Origin: Candidatus Spyradocola sp.
GTDB lineage: Bacteria; Bacillota; Clostridia; Christensenellales; UBA1750
DNA: 64,000 nucleotides
Reading direction: 5' to 3'
Assembly: GCA_050942925.1 (NCBI GenBank)
Contig: JBMNOF010000001.1
Location: 151,666-215,665 of the forward strand
This document shows, in pieces, positions 35,475 to 46,113 of this stretch. The notes beneath the pieces are model-generated. The model did no database searches, had not been told where the DNA came from, and saw only the letters and a program-made list of their open reading frames with translations. Position 1 is the first letter of the stretch, and every line of letters starts with the position of its first letter. Made by a program: the position numbers and the translations under genes.

Positions 35475-36704
35475 ATGATGACGGTAAAAGAGCAGTACAA
35501 GCTGCACGATGAAATCCTTAAGGAACGCCTGGAAACCCTCATGCCCAAGCTCCTGAAGGAGTGCGGGGTGGAGATGTGGGTGGTCCTCTCCAAGGAATAC
35601 AACGAGGACCCGGTCTTTAAGACCCTGGTTCCGGCGCTGGTCAAGAACGCCAGTCGCGTGACCTGCCTGGTCTTCTGCCTGAATAAGGACGGCTCCTACG
35701 AGGCGCTCAACGTCTCCCGCCCGAACCCGCGCTTTGACGGCTACTACAAGCAGGCCATGAACCGCAAGGACGACGTCTTTGAGGCGCTGAACCATCTGAT
35801 CGCCAAGAAGAAGCCCTCCAAGGTGCACGTGGACATCTCCAACGAGTGCGCCATCGCCGACGGCCTGAGCAAGAACGTCTACGACCGCCTGCAGACCGCG
35901 CTCTGCGGCAGCGTGCCGCTGGTCAGCGCCGAGGAGATCGTCATCCGCTGGATCGAGACCCGTACGCCGCGCGAGATGGAGCTCTACCCCATGATCTATA
36001 AGCTCTCCATGGACGTCGTGGACGAGGTGTTCTCCGAGGACTTCATCAAGCCCGGCGTCACCACCACCACGGACGTGGAATGGGGCATCATGCAGCGCAT
36101 CAACGACTACGGCCTGCCCTTCTGGTTTGCGCCGGACATCGACCTGCAGCGCAAGGGCAGCGACGACTTCCGCATGAGCGGCGTGGTCATCGAGGAGGGC
36201 GATATCGTCCACTGCGACATGGGCCTGGAGTGCCTCGGCCTGCACACGGATACCCAGCGCAATGTCTACATCGGCAAGAAGGGCGAAACGGAGATCCCCG
36301 CGGGAATTCTGGCGGCCTTTAAGACCGGCAACCGCTTCCAGGACATCGTCCGCAACTCCTTTGCCGTTGGCAAGACCGGCAACGAGATCTTCTTTGAGGC
36401 CATTGAAAAGGCGAAGGCCGAGGGCATTCAGGCCATGAGCTACTGCCATCCCATCGGAACCTTCGGCCACAGCGCCGGCCCCTCGGTGGGCATGTACGAC
36501 AACCAGGGCTTTGTTCCCGGCCACGGCGAGCTCATCATGCACGACAACACCTGCTACGCGCTGGAGCTCAACATCACGCAGAACGTGCCCGAGTGGGACA
36601 ATCAGCCCGTGTGCATGATGCTGGAGGAGACGATCGGCTTCTCCGGCGGCAAGACCTTCTTCCTGGACGACAAGCGCGAGATCATCCGCTTTGTCCGCAG
36701 CTGA
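35475..36704 (+). CDS. M24 family metallopeptidase (Xaa-Pro peptidase-like)
   Basis: MMTVKEQYKLHDEILKERLE...HCDMG...HPIGTFGHSAGP...LELN. Confidence 0.8.
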   Translation: MMTVKEQYKLHDEILKERLETLMPKLLKECGVEMWVVLSKEYNEDPVFKTLVPALVKNASRVTCLVFCLNKDGSYEALNVSRPNPRFDGYYKQAMNRKDDVFEALNHLIAKKKPSKVHVDISNECAIADGLSKNVYDRLQTALCGSVPLVSAEEIVIRWIETRTPREMELYPMIYKLSMDVVDEVFSEDFIKPGVTTTTDVEWGIMQRINDYGLPFWFAPDIDLQRKGSDDFRMSGVVIEEGDIVHCDMGLECLGLHTDTQRNVYIGKKGETEIPAGILAAFKTGNRFQDIVRNSFAVGKTGNEIFFEAIEKAKAEGIQAMSYCHPIGTFGHSAGPSVGMYDNQGFVPGHGELIMHDNTCYALELNITQNVPEWDNQPVCMMLEETIGFSGGKTFFLDDKREIIRFVRS

Positions 36705-36719
36705 GCGAGGAAGGCGTAT

Positions 36720-37946
36720 ATGGACATACGTGAAAAGATGCGCGAGGGCTTCCGGGACCTGGAAGGCGGCCTGTTCAGCAAGGTGGAAAAGGCGGATGTC
36801 GGCGACGCGGCGGAAAAGGTCGCGCGCGCCGGCGGCGATATGCTCGGCTGGGCCGACCCCTTCATGCCGGACGACTGCATGCCGGAAGAGATCAAGGCTT
36901 TGGCGATCCAACGCATCCAGGAGGGCTTGAGCGCGCACTACACCCACCCCGTGGGAGATCCCGAGCTCAAGCGGGCCATCGCCCGCAAGCTCCAGCGCCA
37001 AAATTGCCTGACCGTCGACCCGGAGCGCAATATCCTGGTCACGCCGGGCTCCGACTCCGGCCTGCTGTTTGCGATGATCCCCTTCATCGGACCGGGAGAC
37101 GAGGTGCTCGTTCCGGACCCCAGCTACCCCAGCAATTTTCTCAACCCCAAGCTCCTGGGCGGCAAGGCCGTGTCCGTGCCGCTGGACGAGGAAAACGGCT
37201 TCCGCCTCACGCGCGAGGCGCTGGAGCGCGCCCTCTCCCCCCGCTCGAAGATGGTGCTGCTGACCAACCCCAACAACCCCACCTCCACGGTCTTTTCCCG
37301 CGAGGAGCTGACGATGCTCGCGGAGTTCATCTGCGAGCACGACCTGGTGGCGGTGGTGGATCAGGCGTTTGAGGACTTTGTCTTTGACGGGCGCGAGATG
37401 ATCACCCTCGCCTCCCTGCCCGGCATGTGGGAAAGAACCATCACGGTTTGCTCCGTGTCCAAGGGCATGGCCATGAGCGGCGTGCGCGTGGGCTACCTCA
37501 CGGCGGACGACTACATCATGGACGTCCTCTACGGCTGCGCGGTCAACATCATCGGCGCGACGAACTCGACCTTCCAGACGGCCGTGGCCTATGCGCTGGA
37601 CCATCCCGAGCTCATGATGGGCGGCTACTACGAGGTCTTTGAGGAGCGGCGCCGGAAGGTGCACGAGCTGCTCACCGGCATCCCGGGCGTTCGGACCCAG
37701 CTCCCGCAGAGCGCGTTCCTTACGTGGGTGGACGTGTCCGACCTGGGCACGGCGGAGGAGGTCTCCTCCTACCTCATGCGGGAAGCGAAGGTCTGCGTCA
37801 ACGCCGGAACCGCCTACGGAAAGCAGGGCGCCGGGCACATCCGCATCGTGCATGGATGCTTCCAGGACTCGCAGCGCATCTACCGCGCCGTTGGGCGCGT
37901 GCGCGAAGCCCTTTTGAAATTGGGAAGAGAAAAAGGACTTGCATAA
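36720..37946 (+). CDS. Class I/II PLP-dependent aminotransferase
   Basis: NPNNPT...SVSKGMAMSGVRVGY, containing the PLP lysine. Confidence 0.9.
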   Translation: MDIREKMREGFRDLEGGLFSKVEKADVGDAAEKVARAGGDMLGWADPFMPDDCMPEEIKALAIQRIQEGLSAHYTHPVGDPELKRAIARKLQRQNCLTVDPERNILVTPGSDSGLLFAMIPFIGPGDEVLVPDPSYPSNFLNPKLLGGKAVSVPLDEENGFRLTREALERALSPRSKMVLLTNPNNPTSTVFSREELTMLAEFICEHDLVAVVDQAFEDFVFDGREMITLASLPGMWERTITVCSVSKGMAMSGVRVGYLTADDYIMDVLYGCAVNIIGATNSTFQTAVAYALDHPELMMGGYYEVFEERRRKVHELLTGIPGVRTQLPQSAFLTWVDVSDLGTAEEVSSYLMREAKVCVNAGTAYGKQGAGHIRIVHGCFQDSQRIYRAVGRVREALLKLGREKGLA

Positions 37947-37963
37947 AGGAGGTTTGCAGAAGT

Positions 37964-39076
37964 ATGGACGCAAGAGTGCAGAAACTGGCACACAACCTCA
38001 TCACCTATTCGCTGAAGTTGCAGCCGGGCGAGAAGGTCCTCATCGAGACGAGAGGCCTGAACGTGCCGCTGGTGCAGGCGCTGGTTCAGGAAGCCTACGC
38101 CGCGGGCGGCCTGCCCTTCGTCAACATCAAGAACCCGCGCGTGGACCGCGCCCTCATCGAGGGCTGCTCCGAGGAACAGCTCAAGATGATGTACAAGTGG
38201 GAAGAAGAGCGGATGCTCGCCATGGACTGCTATGTCGGCATCCGCCTGCCGGAGAACGCCTACGAGGAAACGGGCGTGAACTTCGAGAAGATGGAGCTGT
38301 ACAACGCCCTCTATGACCGCAAGCTGCTCATGGAGGTGCGCTGCCCCACGACCCGCTGGGTCGTGCTCCGCTATCCCACCCCGGCCATGGCCCAGGCCGC
38401 GCAGATGGGCACGGACGAGTTTGAGGACTTCTACTTCAACGTCTGCTGCCTGGACTACGCCAAGATGTCCCGCGCGATGGACCCGCTCAAGGCCCTCATG
38501 GACCGGACGGACGAGGTGCGCATCACCGGCAAGGACACGGACCTGCGCTTCTCCATCAAGGGCATCGGCGGAGTCAAGTGCGACGGCGACTGCAACATCC
38601 CGGACGGCGAGGTCTACTCCGCGCCGGTGCGGAATTCGGTCAACGGCTACATCACCTACAACACGCCCTCCATGGTGGACGGCTTCCTCTTCCAGAACAT
38701 CCGCCTGGAGTTTGAAAACGGCAAGATCGTCAAGGCCACGGCCAACGACACCGAGCGCCTCAACGCGATCCTGGATACGGACGAGGGCGCGCGCTACGTC
38801 GGCGAGTTTGCCATCGGCGTCAACCCGTACGTCACTCGCGTGATGAACGAGACGCTCTTTGACGAGAAGATCATGGGCAGCTTCCACTTCACGCCCGGCA
38901 ACTGCGTCATGGGCTGCAACAACGGCAACGTCTCGCAGGTGCACTGGGACCTGGTCATGATCCAGCGGCCGGAATACGGCGGGGGCGAGATCCTCTTTGA
39001 CGGCGAGGTCATCCGCAAGGACGGGCTCTTCGTTCGGGAGGACCTGAAAGGACTGAATCCCGAGAATTTGAAATAA
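37964..39076 (+). CDS. M29 family aminopeptidase (AmpS/PepS-like)
   Basis: MDARVQKLAHNLITYSLKLQPGEKVLI...NIPDGEVYSAP...EFAIGVNP...HWDLV. Confidence 0.9.
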   Translation: MDARVQKLAHNLITYSLKLQPGEKVLIETRGLNVPLVQALVQEAYAAGGLPFVNIKNPRVDRALIEGCSEEQLKMMYKWEEERMLAMDCYVGIRLPENAYEETGVNFEKMELYNALYDRKLLMEVRCPTTRWVVLRYPTPAMAQAAQMGTDEFEDFYFNVCCLDYAKMSRAMDPLKALMDRTDEVRITGKDTDLRFSIKGIGGVKCDGDCNIPDGEVYSAPVRNSVNGYITYNTPSMVDGFLFQNIRLEFENGKIVKATANDTERLNAILDTDEGARYVGEFAIGVNPYVTRVMNETLFDEKIMGSFHFTPGNCVMGCNNGNVSQVHWDLVMIQRPEYGGGEILFDGEVIRKDGLFVREDLKGLNPENLK

Positions 39077-39109
39077 GGAGCTTACACGCAAAGGGGAGAG
39101 AAGATTACC

Positions 39110-40027
39110 GTGGTCAAATACGTCATCAAGCGTCTGCTGATCGCCATACTGACGCTGTGGATCATCCTGACGGCAACGTTCATCCTGATGAAGTCCATAC
39201 CGGGCGATCCGTTTGCCAACGAAAAGATGATTCTGCCGGAGATCCGCGCAAACATGGAGGCCAAGTACGGCCTGGACAAGCCGGAGATCGAGCAGTACTT
39301 CATCTACATGAACAACCTGCTGCACGGGGACTTCGGCGTCTCCTTCAAGTACAAGAACCGCTCGGTCAACGAGGTCATTGCGACGGGCTTCCCGGTCTCG
39401 TGCACGCTGGGCCTTACGGCCTGCGCCATCGGTCTTTTGCTGGGCGTCACGTTCGGCATACTGGCCGGCGTAAAGCGCGGCAAGTGGCCGGACTACTTGG
39501 TGATCTTTATCTCCATCCTCGGCGTGTCGGTGCCTGCATTCGTGTTCGCAAGCTTGTTCCAATACTTCTTTGCGGCCAAACTCATGTGGTTCCCCGTCAC
39601 CGGCTGGGGAACGCTGGCCACGATGGTCCTGCCGTCGCTGGCGCTGGGCTTCCGCATGGTCGCCTATATCGCGCGCATGATGCGCACCTCCATGCTGGAC
39701 GTGCTCTCGCAGGACTACATCAAGACCGCTAAGGCCAAGGGCCTGTCCCAGACCGAGATCATCTGGAAGCACGGCGTGCGCAACGCCATCATGCCCGTCG
39801 TCACGGTCTCCGGCTCCATGATCGCCTCGACCATGGTCGGCTCCTTCATCGTGGAGAACATCTTCAACATCCCGGGCATGGGCAAATACCTGGTCGATGC
39901 CGTCAAGAACAGCGACTACACCATGATCATGGGCATGACCGCGTTCTACGCAATCGTCATGATCCTGATGATGTTCCTCGTGGACATCCTCTACATGATC
40001 ATCGACCCCAGAGTGAAAATGGACTAA
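39110..40027 (+). CDS. Peptide ABC transporter permease (Opp/Dpp B type)
   Basis: GTG start; MVKYVIKRLLIAILTLW...YIKTAKAKGLSQ. Confidence 0.9.
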   Translation: MVKYVIKRLLIAILTLWIILTATFILMKSIPGDPFANEKMILPEIRANMEAKYGLDKPEIEQYFIYMNNLLHGDFGVSFKYKNRSVNEVIATGFPVSCTLGLTACAIGLLLGVTFGILAGVKRGKWPDYLVIFISILGVSVPAFVFASLFQYFFAAKLMWFPVTGWGTLATMVLPSLALGFRMVAYIARMMRTSMLDVLSQDYIKTAKAKGLSQTEIIWKHGVRNAIMPVVTVSGSMIASTMVGSFIVENIFNIPGMGKYLVDAVKNSDYTMIMGMTAFYAIVMILMMFLVDILYMIIDPRVKMD

Positions 40028-40043
40028 AGGAGGTGCGCCCGAA

Positions 40044-40967
40044 ATGCATGCGAATCCCTTGACCCGAGACCAGTTTGAGCGCACCCTGCAGTCGGCTGCC
40101 GCGCTCAACGAGATCAAGCGCCCCGCAACCACCTATTGGAAGGACGCCTGGCGCCGTCTGCGGTCCAACCCGGTGGCCATGGTTTCCATGGGCATCCTGA
40201 TCCTGATCGTGCTCCTGGCCATCCTGATCCCCTTCTTCTCCCCCTACAACTACGACCAGCAGGACTACACGTCCATCAACCAGGGACCGAGCGCCCAGCA
40301 CTGGTTCGGCACGGACTCCCTCGGACGTGACATCTTCGTCCGCTGCTGGGCCGGCGCGCGCGTGTCGCTGCTGATCGCCCTGGTCGCCACCTGCATCAAC
40401 GTCATCATCGGCGTGCTCTACGGCGGCATCTCCGGGTACTTCGGCGGCCGCGTGGACATGATCATGATGCGCGGCGTCGAGATCATCTACACCATCCCTG
40501 ACCTGCTGTGGGTCATCATGCTCATGGTCGTCATGGGCTCGGGCCTGAACACGATCATCATCGCCATCGCCATCACCGGCTGGGGCTCCATGGCGCGCCT
40601 GGTTCGCGGCCAGGTGCTGCAGCTCAAGCAGAGCGAGTACGTCATGGCCTCCAAGACCTTGGGCGCGGGCTTTGGCCGGATCATCTTTAAGCACCTGATT
40701 CCCAACTGCATGGGCCCCATCATCATCGACCTGACCTTCTCCATCCCGAGCGCGATCTTCACCGAGGCGTCCCTTTCCTACCTGGGCATGGGCATCCCGG
40801 TGCCGCTGGCGAGCTGGGGCACCTTGGCCAACGACGGCGCGAACATGCTGCTGCTCTATCCCTACCAGCTGTTCTTCCCGGCGCTGCTCATCTCGTTGAC
40901 GATGCTCGGCTTTAACCTCCTGGGCGACGGCCTGCGCGATGCGCTTGACCCGCGCCTGCGCAGATAA
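40044..40967 (+). CDS. Peptide ABC transporter permease (Opp/Dpp C type)
   Basis: 307 aa containing HWFGTDSLGRDIF...EYVMASKTLGAG. Confidence 0.9.
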   Translation: MHANPLTRDQFERTLQSAAALNEIKRPATTYWKDAWRRLRSNPVAMVSMGILILIVLLAILIPFFSPYNYDQQDYTSINQGPSAQHWFGTDSLGRDIFVRCWAGARVSLLIALVATCINVIIGVLYGGISGYFGGRVDMIMMRGVEIIYTIPDLLWVIMLMVVMGSGLNTIIIAIAITGWGSMARLVRGQVLQLKQSEYVMASKTLGAGFGRIIFKHLIPNCMGPIIIDLTFSIPSAIFTEASLSYLGMGIPVPLASWGTLANDGANMLLLYPYQLFFPALLISLTMLGFNLLGDGLRDALDPRLRR

Positions 40968-40988
40968 GAGAGGAAAGGAGAAACGCAC

Positions 40989-42017
40989 ATGAGCGAAAGC
41001 AAAGAAAAGCAGCCTCTGCTGAAGATTGAAGACCTGCATGTCTCCTTTCAGACCTATGCCGGAAAGGTGCAGGCTGTGCGCGGCGTGAGCCTTTCCATGG
41101 AGGAGGGCGAGATCCTCGCCATCGTCGGCGAGTCCGGCTGCGGCAAGTCCGTCACAGCCCAGACCATCCTGCAGCTCAACCCCGCCCCGCCCGCCGTGAT
41201 CGAGGGCGGCACCATCGAGTTGGAGGGCCAGGATCTGCTCAAGTTCGACGACGCGCAGATGCGCAAGATCCGCGGCCGCGAGATCAGCATGATCTTCCAG
41301 GACCCGATGACCAGCCTCAACCCCACCATGCGCATCGGCAAGCAGATCATCGAGGCCATCCGCAAGCACCAGAACGTCTCGAACAAGGAGGCCTATGACC
41401 GCGCGGTGGAGATGCTCCACTTGGTCGGCCTGTCCAACCCCGAGCACCGCATGAAGCAGTACCCCTTTGAGTTCTCCGGCGGCATGCGCCAGCGCGCCAT
41501 GATCGCCATGGCGCTGGTCTGCCGGCCCAAGATCCTGATCGCGGACGAGCCCACCACGGCCTTGGACGTCACCATCCAGAGCCAGATCGTGGACCTGATG
41601 CTGGAGCTGCGGCAGAAGCTCAAGACCGCCATCCTCATCATCACCCACGACATGGGCGTCGTGGCCGACATCGCGGACCGCGTGGCCGTGATGTACGCCG
41701 GCATCATCGTGGAAAAGGGAAGCGTCCAGGAGATCTTCTTCCACCCCAAGCACCCCTACACCTGGGGCCTGCTGGACTCCATTCCCCGGCCGGATACCCA
41801 TGGCGAGCGCCTGGTCCCCATCGAGGGCGCGCCCCCGGACCTCATCGCGCCGCCCAAGGGCTGCCCGTTTGCCGCGCGCTGCCAATACGCCATGAAGATC
41901 TGCCACGAGCAGATTCCCGAAATCACCAAGGAGGGCGAGCACGAGGTGCGCTGCTGGCTCTGCCACGAGTATGCACCCAAGGTCGTCAACCGCTATACCG
42001 AGGGAAAGGAGGACTGA
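40989..42017 (+). CDS. Peptide ABC transporter ATP-binding protein (OppD type)
   Basis: GESGCGKSV...FSGGMRQR...[11 protein letters not shown]. Confidence 0.9.
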   Translation: MSESKEKQPLLKIEDLHVSFQTYAGKVQAVRGVSLSMEEGEILAIVGESGCGKSVTAQTILQLNPAPPAVIEGGTIELEGQDLLKFDDAQMRKIRGREISMIFQDPMTSLNPTMRIGKQIIEAIRKHQNVSNKEAYDRAVEMLHLVGLSNPEHRMKQYPFEFSGGMRQRAMIAMALVCRPKILIADEPTTALDVTIQSQIVDLMLELRQKLKTAILIITHDMGVVADIADRVAVMYAGIIVEKGSVQEIFFHPKHPYTWGLLDSIPRPDTHGERLVPIEGAPPDLIAPPKGCPFAARCQYAMKICHEQIPEITKEGEHEVRCWLCHEYAPKVVNRYTEGKED

Positions 42018-42021
42018 AGCC

Positions 42022-42984
42022 ATGCTGCTGGAGATCAAAAACCTGAAGAAATACTTCACCGTGGGCCACAAGAAGACGCTCCGCGCCGTGGACGACGTCA
42101 CCCTCTCCATTGAAAAGGGCGAGACGCTCGGCCTGGTTGGCGAGTCCGGCTGCGGCAAGTCCACGCTGGGCCGCACGATCATCGGCCTGTACGAGCCCAC
42201 GGACGGCCAGATCCTCTTCGAGGGCAAGGACGTCACCCACCTCAAGGGCAAGGAGCGCAAGGAGTTCTCCAAGAACATGCAGATGATCTTCCAGGACCCC
42301 TATGCTTCCCTCAACCCCCGCATGACCGTCTCCGACATCATCGGGGAGGGCCTGGACATCCATAAGATCTACAAGGGCGAGGCGCGCCAGAAGCGCATCT
42401 TTGAGCTGCTGCACCTGGTCGGCCTCTCCCAGGAGCACGCCAGCCGCTTCCCGCACGAGTTCTCCGGCGGCCAGCGCCAGCGCATCGGCATCGCCCGCGC
42501 CCTGGCCATCGAGCCCAAGCTCATCATCTGCGACGAGCCCATCTCGGCCCTGGACGTCTCGATTCAGGCGCAGGTGGTCAACCTCCTGGAGGACCTGCAG
42601 AAGGAGCTGGGCCTGACCTACCTCTTCATCGCGCACGACCTGGCCATGGTCGAGCACATCTCCGACCGCATCGCGGTGATGTACCTCGGGGCGCTGGTGG
42701 AGATGGCGCCGGCCGAGGAGCTCATGCGCAATCCCCTGCACCCCTATACGCAGGCACTGCTCTCCGCCGTGCCCTTTGCGGACCCCGTCGCTTCCCGCGC
42801 GCGGCACCGCATCAAACTCGAGGGCGAGGTTCCCAGCCCCATCTCCATCCAGGGGGGCTGCAAGTTCCAGACCCGCTGTACCCACTGCACCGAGGCCTGC
42901 AAGACCCAGAGCCCGGTCCTCAAGGAGGTCCGGCCCGGACACTTTGTCGCATGCCTGAACGACGAGGCCATCGGCGTTAGGTAA
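42022..42984 (+). CDS. Peptide ABC transporter ATP-binding protein (OppF type)
   Basis: [12 protein letters not shown]...GESGCGKST...FSGGQRQR...[10 protein letters not shown]. Confidence 0.9.
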   Translation: MLLEIKNLKKYFTVGHKKTLRAVDDVTLSIEKGETLGLVGESGCGKSTLGRTIIGLYEPTDGQILFEGKDVTHLKGKERKEFSKNMQMIFQDPYASLNPRMTVSDIIGEGLDIHKIYKGEARQKRIFELLHLVGLSQEHASRFPHEFSGGQRQRIGIARALAIEPKLIICDEPISALDVSIQAQVVNLLEDLQKELGLTYLFIAHDLAMVEHISDRIAVMYLGALVEMAPAEELMRNPLHPYTQALLSAVPFADPVASRARHRIKLEGEVPSPISIQGGCKFQTRCTHCTEACKTQSPVLKEVRPGHFVACLNDEAIGVR

Positions 42985-43003
42985 ACGAAAAAGGAGCATC
43001 AAC

Positions 43004-44251
43004 ATGGACGCAAAGGTTTTTGTCGCGCATCGCGCCGCGCTGGAGGAACAGCTTCCGGACAATTCGCTGCTCTTCCTCTTTGCCGGCGAGCCCAAGCAGA
43101 AGACGCTGGACATGGACTACCCCTTCCGCGTGGACAACAACTATTACTACATGACCGGCTTTGACCGCGCAAATTGGTTCCTGATGCTGACAAAGCTCCA
43201 GGGCCAGGTCAAGGAGTGGCTCTTCATCGAGCGGCCGGACCCGTATCTGGAGCGCTACTTCGGCAAGATGCCGGACCTCTCGGACGCTTCGGAGCAGAGC
43301 GGCGTCCAGAACGTCTATTACCTCGACCGCTTCGATTGGGAGATCGGCCGGCTGCTTTCCCGCAATACGTTTGAGACCCTGCTGTTTGACTTCCACAAGC
43401 GCGAGCTCAACTCCGTCTCCTACCCGGAGAACGAGATGTGCCACCGCATCAAGGACGCGCATCCCTACCTGACGGTGCGCAACATCGGCCCGGTCATCAA
43501 CAACCTGCGCCGCGTCAAGGCGCCGCAGGAGATCGAGTGCATCCGCACCGCCATCGACATCACCGAAAAGGGCATCCGCGCGATCCTGGACCACCTGCGC
43601 CCCGGCGTCAACGAGGCGGAGCTCCAGGCGCACTTCGACTTTGCGCTGACCATGAACGGCGCAAAGGACAACGCCTTCGATCCCATCATCGCCGGCGGAA
43701 AGAACTCCAACGTCCTCCACTATTCCAAGAACGACCAGGACGTGCACGAGGGTGATGTGCTGCTCGTGGACCTGGGCGCGGAATACGGATACTACTCCGC
43801 GGACATCAGCCGTACCTTCCCGGTTTCGGGCAAGTTCACCGAGGAGCAGAAGATCTACTACAACGCCGTGCTCTACGGCCAGCAGAAGGTGCTGGAGTAC
43901 CTTGCCCCCGGCAAGCCCGTGGAGGACACGCTGCGCATCGCGCGCGAGGCCATCGGCGAAAAGCTGCTGGAGGCCGGAAAGATCCGCGATCTGAGCGAAA
44001 TGACCCGCCTGCTGCCCCACGGCGTGAGCCACTACGTCGGCCTGGATTGCCACGACGTCGGCGACCGCGAACTGCTGCAGCCCGGCATGATCGTGACCAT
44101 GGAGCCCGGCGCCTACATGCCGGAGCTGGGATTTGGCATCCGCATTGAGGACGACGCCCTCATCACCGAGGACGGCGCGGTGCTCCTCTCCCCCAACATC
44201 CCCAAGACCGTGGAGGAAATCGAGTCCTACATGGCAAACCGCAAGTCCTGA
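43004..44251 (+). CDS. Xaa-Pro aminopeptidase (M24B)
   Basis: N-terminal AMP_N-like FRVDNNYYYMTGF. The catalytic region is DLGAEYGYYSADISRTF...HGVSHYVGLDCHD...TMEPG. Confidence 0.85.
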   Translation: MDAKVFVAHRAALEEQLPDNSLLFLFAGEPKQKTLDMDYPFRVDNNYYYMTGFDRANWFLMLTKLQGQVKEWLFIERPDPYLERYFGKMPDLSDASEQSGVQNVYYLDRFDWEIGRLLSRNTFETLLFDFHKRELNSVSYPENEMCHRIKDAHPYLTVRNIGPVINNLRRVKAPQEIECIRTAIDITEKGIRAILDHLRPGVNEAELQAHFDFALTMNGAKDNAFDPIIAGGKNSNVLHYSKNDQDVHEGDVLLVDLGAEYGYYSADISRTFPVSGKFTEEQKIYYNAVLYGQQKVLEYLAPGKPVEDTLRIAREAIGEKLLEAGKIRDLSEMTRLLPHGVSHYVGLDCHDVGDRELLQPGMIVTMEPGAYMPELGFGIRIEDDALITEDGAVLLSPNIPKTVEEIESYMANRKS

Positions 44252-44314
44252 TGGCATCCGCGCCCGCTGCGCGGTTGACCATAGATTCCCATTCCAAAGA
44301 AAGGAAGAGACCCA

Positions 44315-46060
44315 ATGAAAAGACTGACTGCATTGGTGTTGGCGCTGCTGATGATGGCGTTTGCGCTGACCGCTTGCACCAGCGAGCAGGCCCCCGAGGC
44401 CACGGAAGCCCCCGCCGAGACCGCGGGTGAGCAGCCCACCGCCAGCGATGACGCCGCCGCGACCGGCGACGAGTCCGCTGCTGGCGAGACCATCAACGGC
44501 GAGACCCTTGCCGACGACCAGACGCTGCGCGTCTCCATCGGCGTGGATCTGACGGACCTGAGCCCCCTGACCGAGTCCACCACCGAGGGCCATGAGATGC
44601 TCCTGACCGTCATGGATACGCTTGTCCGTCAGGGCGAGAACGGCACCATCGAGCAGGGCAGCGGCCTGGCCGAGAGCTGGGACGTCAGCGAGGACGGCAA
44701 GACCTACACCTTCCACCTGCGCGACGCGGTCTTCAGCAACGGCGACCCCATCCGTGCGCAGGACTTTGAGTACACCTGGAAGAAGGTCCTGGCTCCCGAG
44801 ACCGCTTCCGAGTACGCCTACATGCTCTACACCATCGAGGGCGCTGAGGCGTACAACACCGGTTCCGGCTCTGTCGACGACGTGGCCATCCACGCCCTGG
44901 ACGACAAGACCCTGGAAGTGACCCTGGTCAACCCCATTGACTACTTTGTCAGCACCCTGGTCATCTCGCAGTTCTCCGCTGTTCCGGAGGGCTATGTCGA
45001 GGAGTGCGGCGACAAGTTCTTCACGGACGTGGAGCACATGGTCTTCTCCGGCCCCTTTGTCATGACCGAGTGGACCCCCACCCAGCGCATCGTTGTGGAG
45101 AAGAACCCCAACTACTGGGATGCGGAAAACGTCAAGCTCGACAAGATCGTCTTTGAGATGGCCACCGAGACCAACACGATCGTCAACATGTACAACACCG
45201 ACCAGATTGACGTCATGAAGGTCCAGGCCGACTTCCTGGATACCTACCGCAATGAGCCTGGCTTCATCTCCGTGACCGAGCCTGTCACCGAGTACGTCAA
45301 GTTCAACTGCAAGAACGAGTTCTTCGCCAACGCGAACATCCGCAAGGCCTTCTCCATGGCGCTGGACCGCGTGACCTACATGAACGACGTCATGCGCACT
45401 GGCTCTACCCCGGCCTACGGCTTCGTTCCCCCGTCCATCAAGGGCACGAACGGCAAGGACTTCCGTGAGAACAACGGCGACCTGTACACCGACCTTGGCA
45501 ACGGCGCGACCGTCGAAGAGGCGAATGCGCTGCTCGATCAGGGCCTGGCCGAGATCGGCAAGACCCGTGAGGACCTGAACCAGGGCCTGTCCCTTGTCAT
45601 TGGCGAGGGCGACGACAACCTCAAGACCGCGCAGGTCTTCCAGCAGTACTGGAAGAACAACCTGGGCGTGGACGTGGAGATCAAGTCCCTGGCTTACGCG
45701 CTGCGTCAGGCCGAGTACCAGAGCGAGATGTACACCATCGGTAAGGAAGGCTGGGGCGCCGACTACAACGACGCCATGAGCTTCCTGGAGCTCTTCATCA
45801 CCGACAGCCCCTACAACGACGTGTACTACAGCAACCCCGAGTATGACGCGCTGCTGGAGGAGGCCAACACCCTCAGCGGCGACGAGCGCCTGGCCAAGAT
45901 GGAAGAGGCCGAGAAGATCCTGGTTCAGCAGGATGGCGTCATCGCGCCGACCTTCTTCCAGACCCGTTCTTGGGTGGCGAAGTCTGACGTTCGCGGCATC
46001 CTCCGCAACGGCTGCGGCCTGCGCGTGGATTACAAGAACGCCTACATCGTCGTGGAGTAA
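44315..46060 (+). CDS. Peptide ABC transporter substrate-binding lipoprotein (family 5)
   Basis: MKRLTALVLALLMMAFALTAC is the lipobox. The mature domain is about 560 aa. Confidence 0.9.
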   Translation: MKRLTALVLALLMMAFALTACTSEQAPEATEAPAETAGEQPTASDDAAATGDESAAGETINGETLADDQTLRVSIGVDLTDLSPLTESTTEGHEMLLTVMDTLVRQGENGTIEQGSGLAESWDVSEDGKTYTFHLRDAVFSNGDPIRAQDFEYTWKKVLAPETASEYAYMLYTIEGAEAYNTGSGSVDDVAIHALDDKTLEVTLVNPIDYFVSTLVISQFSAVPEGYVEECGDKFFTDVEHMVFSGPFVMTEWTPTQRIVVEKNPNYWDAENVKLDKIVFEMATETNTIVNMYNTDQIDVMKVQADFLDTYRNEPGFISVTEPVTEYVKFNCKNEFFANANIRKAFSMALDRVTYMNDVMRTGSTPAYGFVPPSIKGTNGKDFRENNGDLYTDLGNGATVEEANALLDQGLAEIGKTREDLNQGLSLVIGEGDDNLKTAQVFQQYWKNNLGVDVEIKSLAYALRQAEYQSEMYTIGKEGWGADYNDAMSFLELFITDSPYNDVYYSNPEYDALLEEANTLSGDERLAKMEEAEKILVQQDGVIAPTFFQTRSWVAKSDVRGILRNGCGLRVDYKNAYIVVE

Positions 46061-46071
46061 TCCCCATCCAT

Positions 46072-46109
46072 AAAAAAACCGTCCCCTCTGCCGAGGGGGC
46101 GGTTTTTTT
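46072..46109. terminator. Bidirectional intrinsic terminator
   Basis: A7-CCGTCCCCTC-tgcc-GAGGGGGCGG-T7, between convergent genes. Confidence 0.85.
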
Positions 46110-46113
46110 GCGC

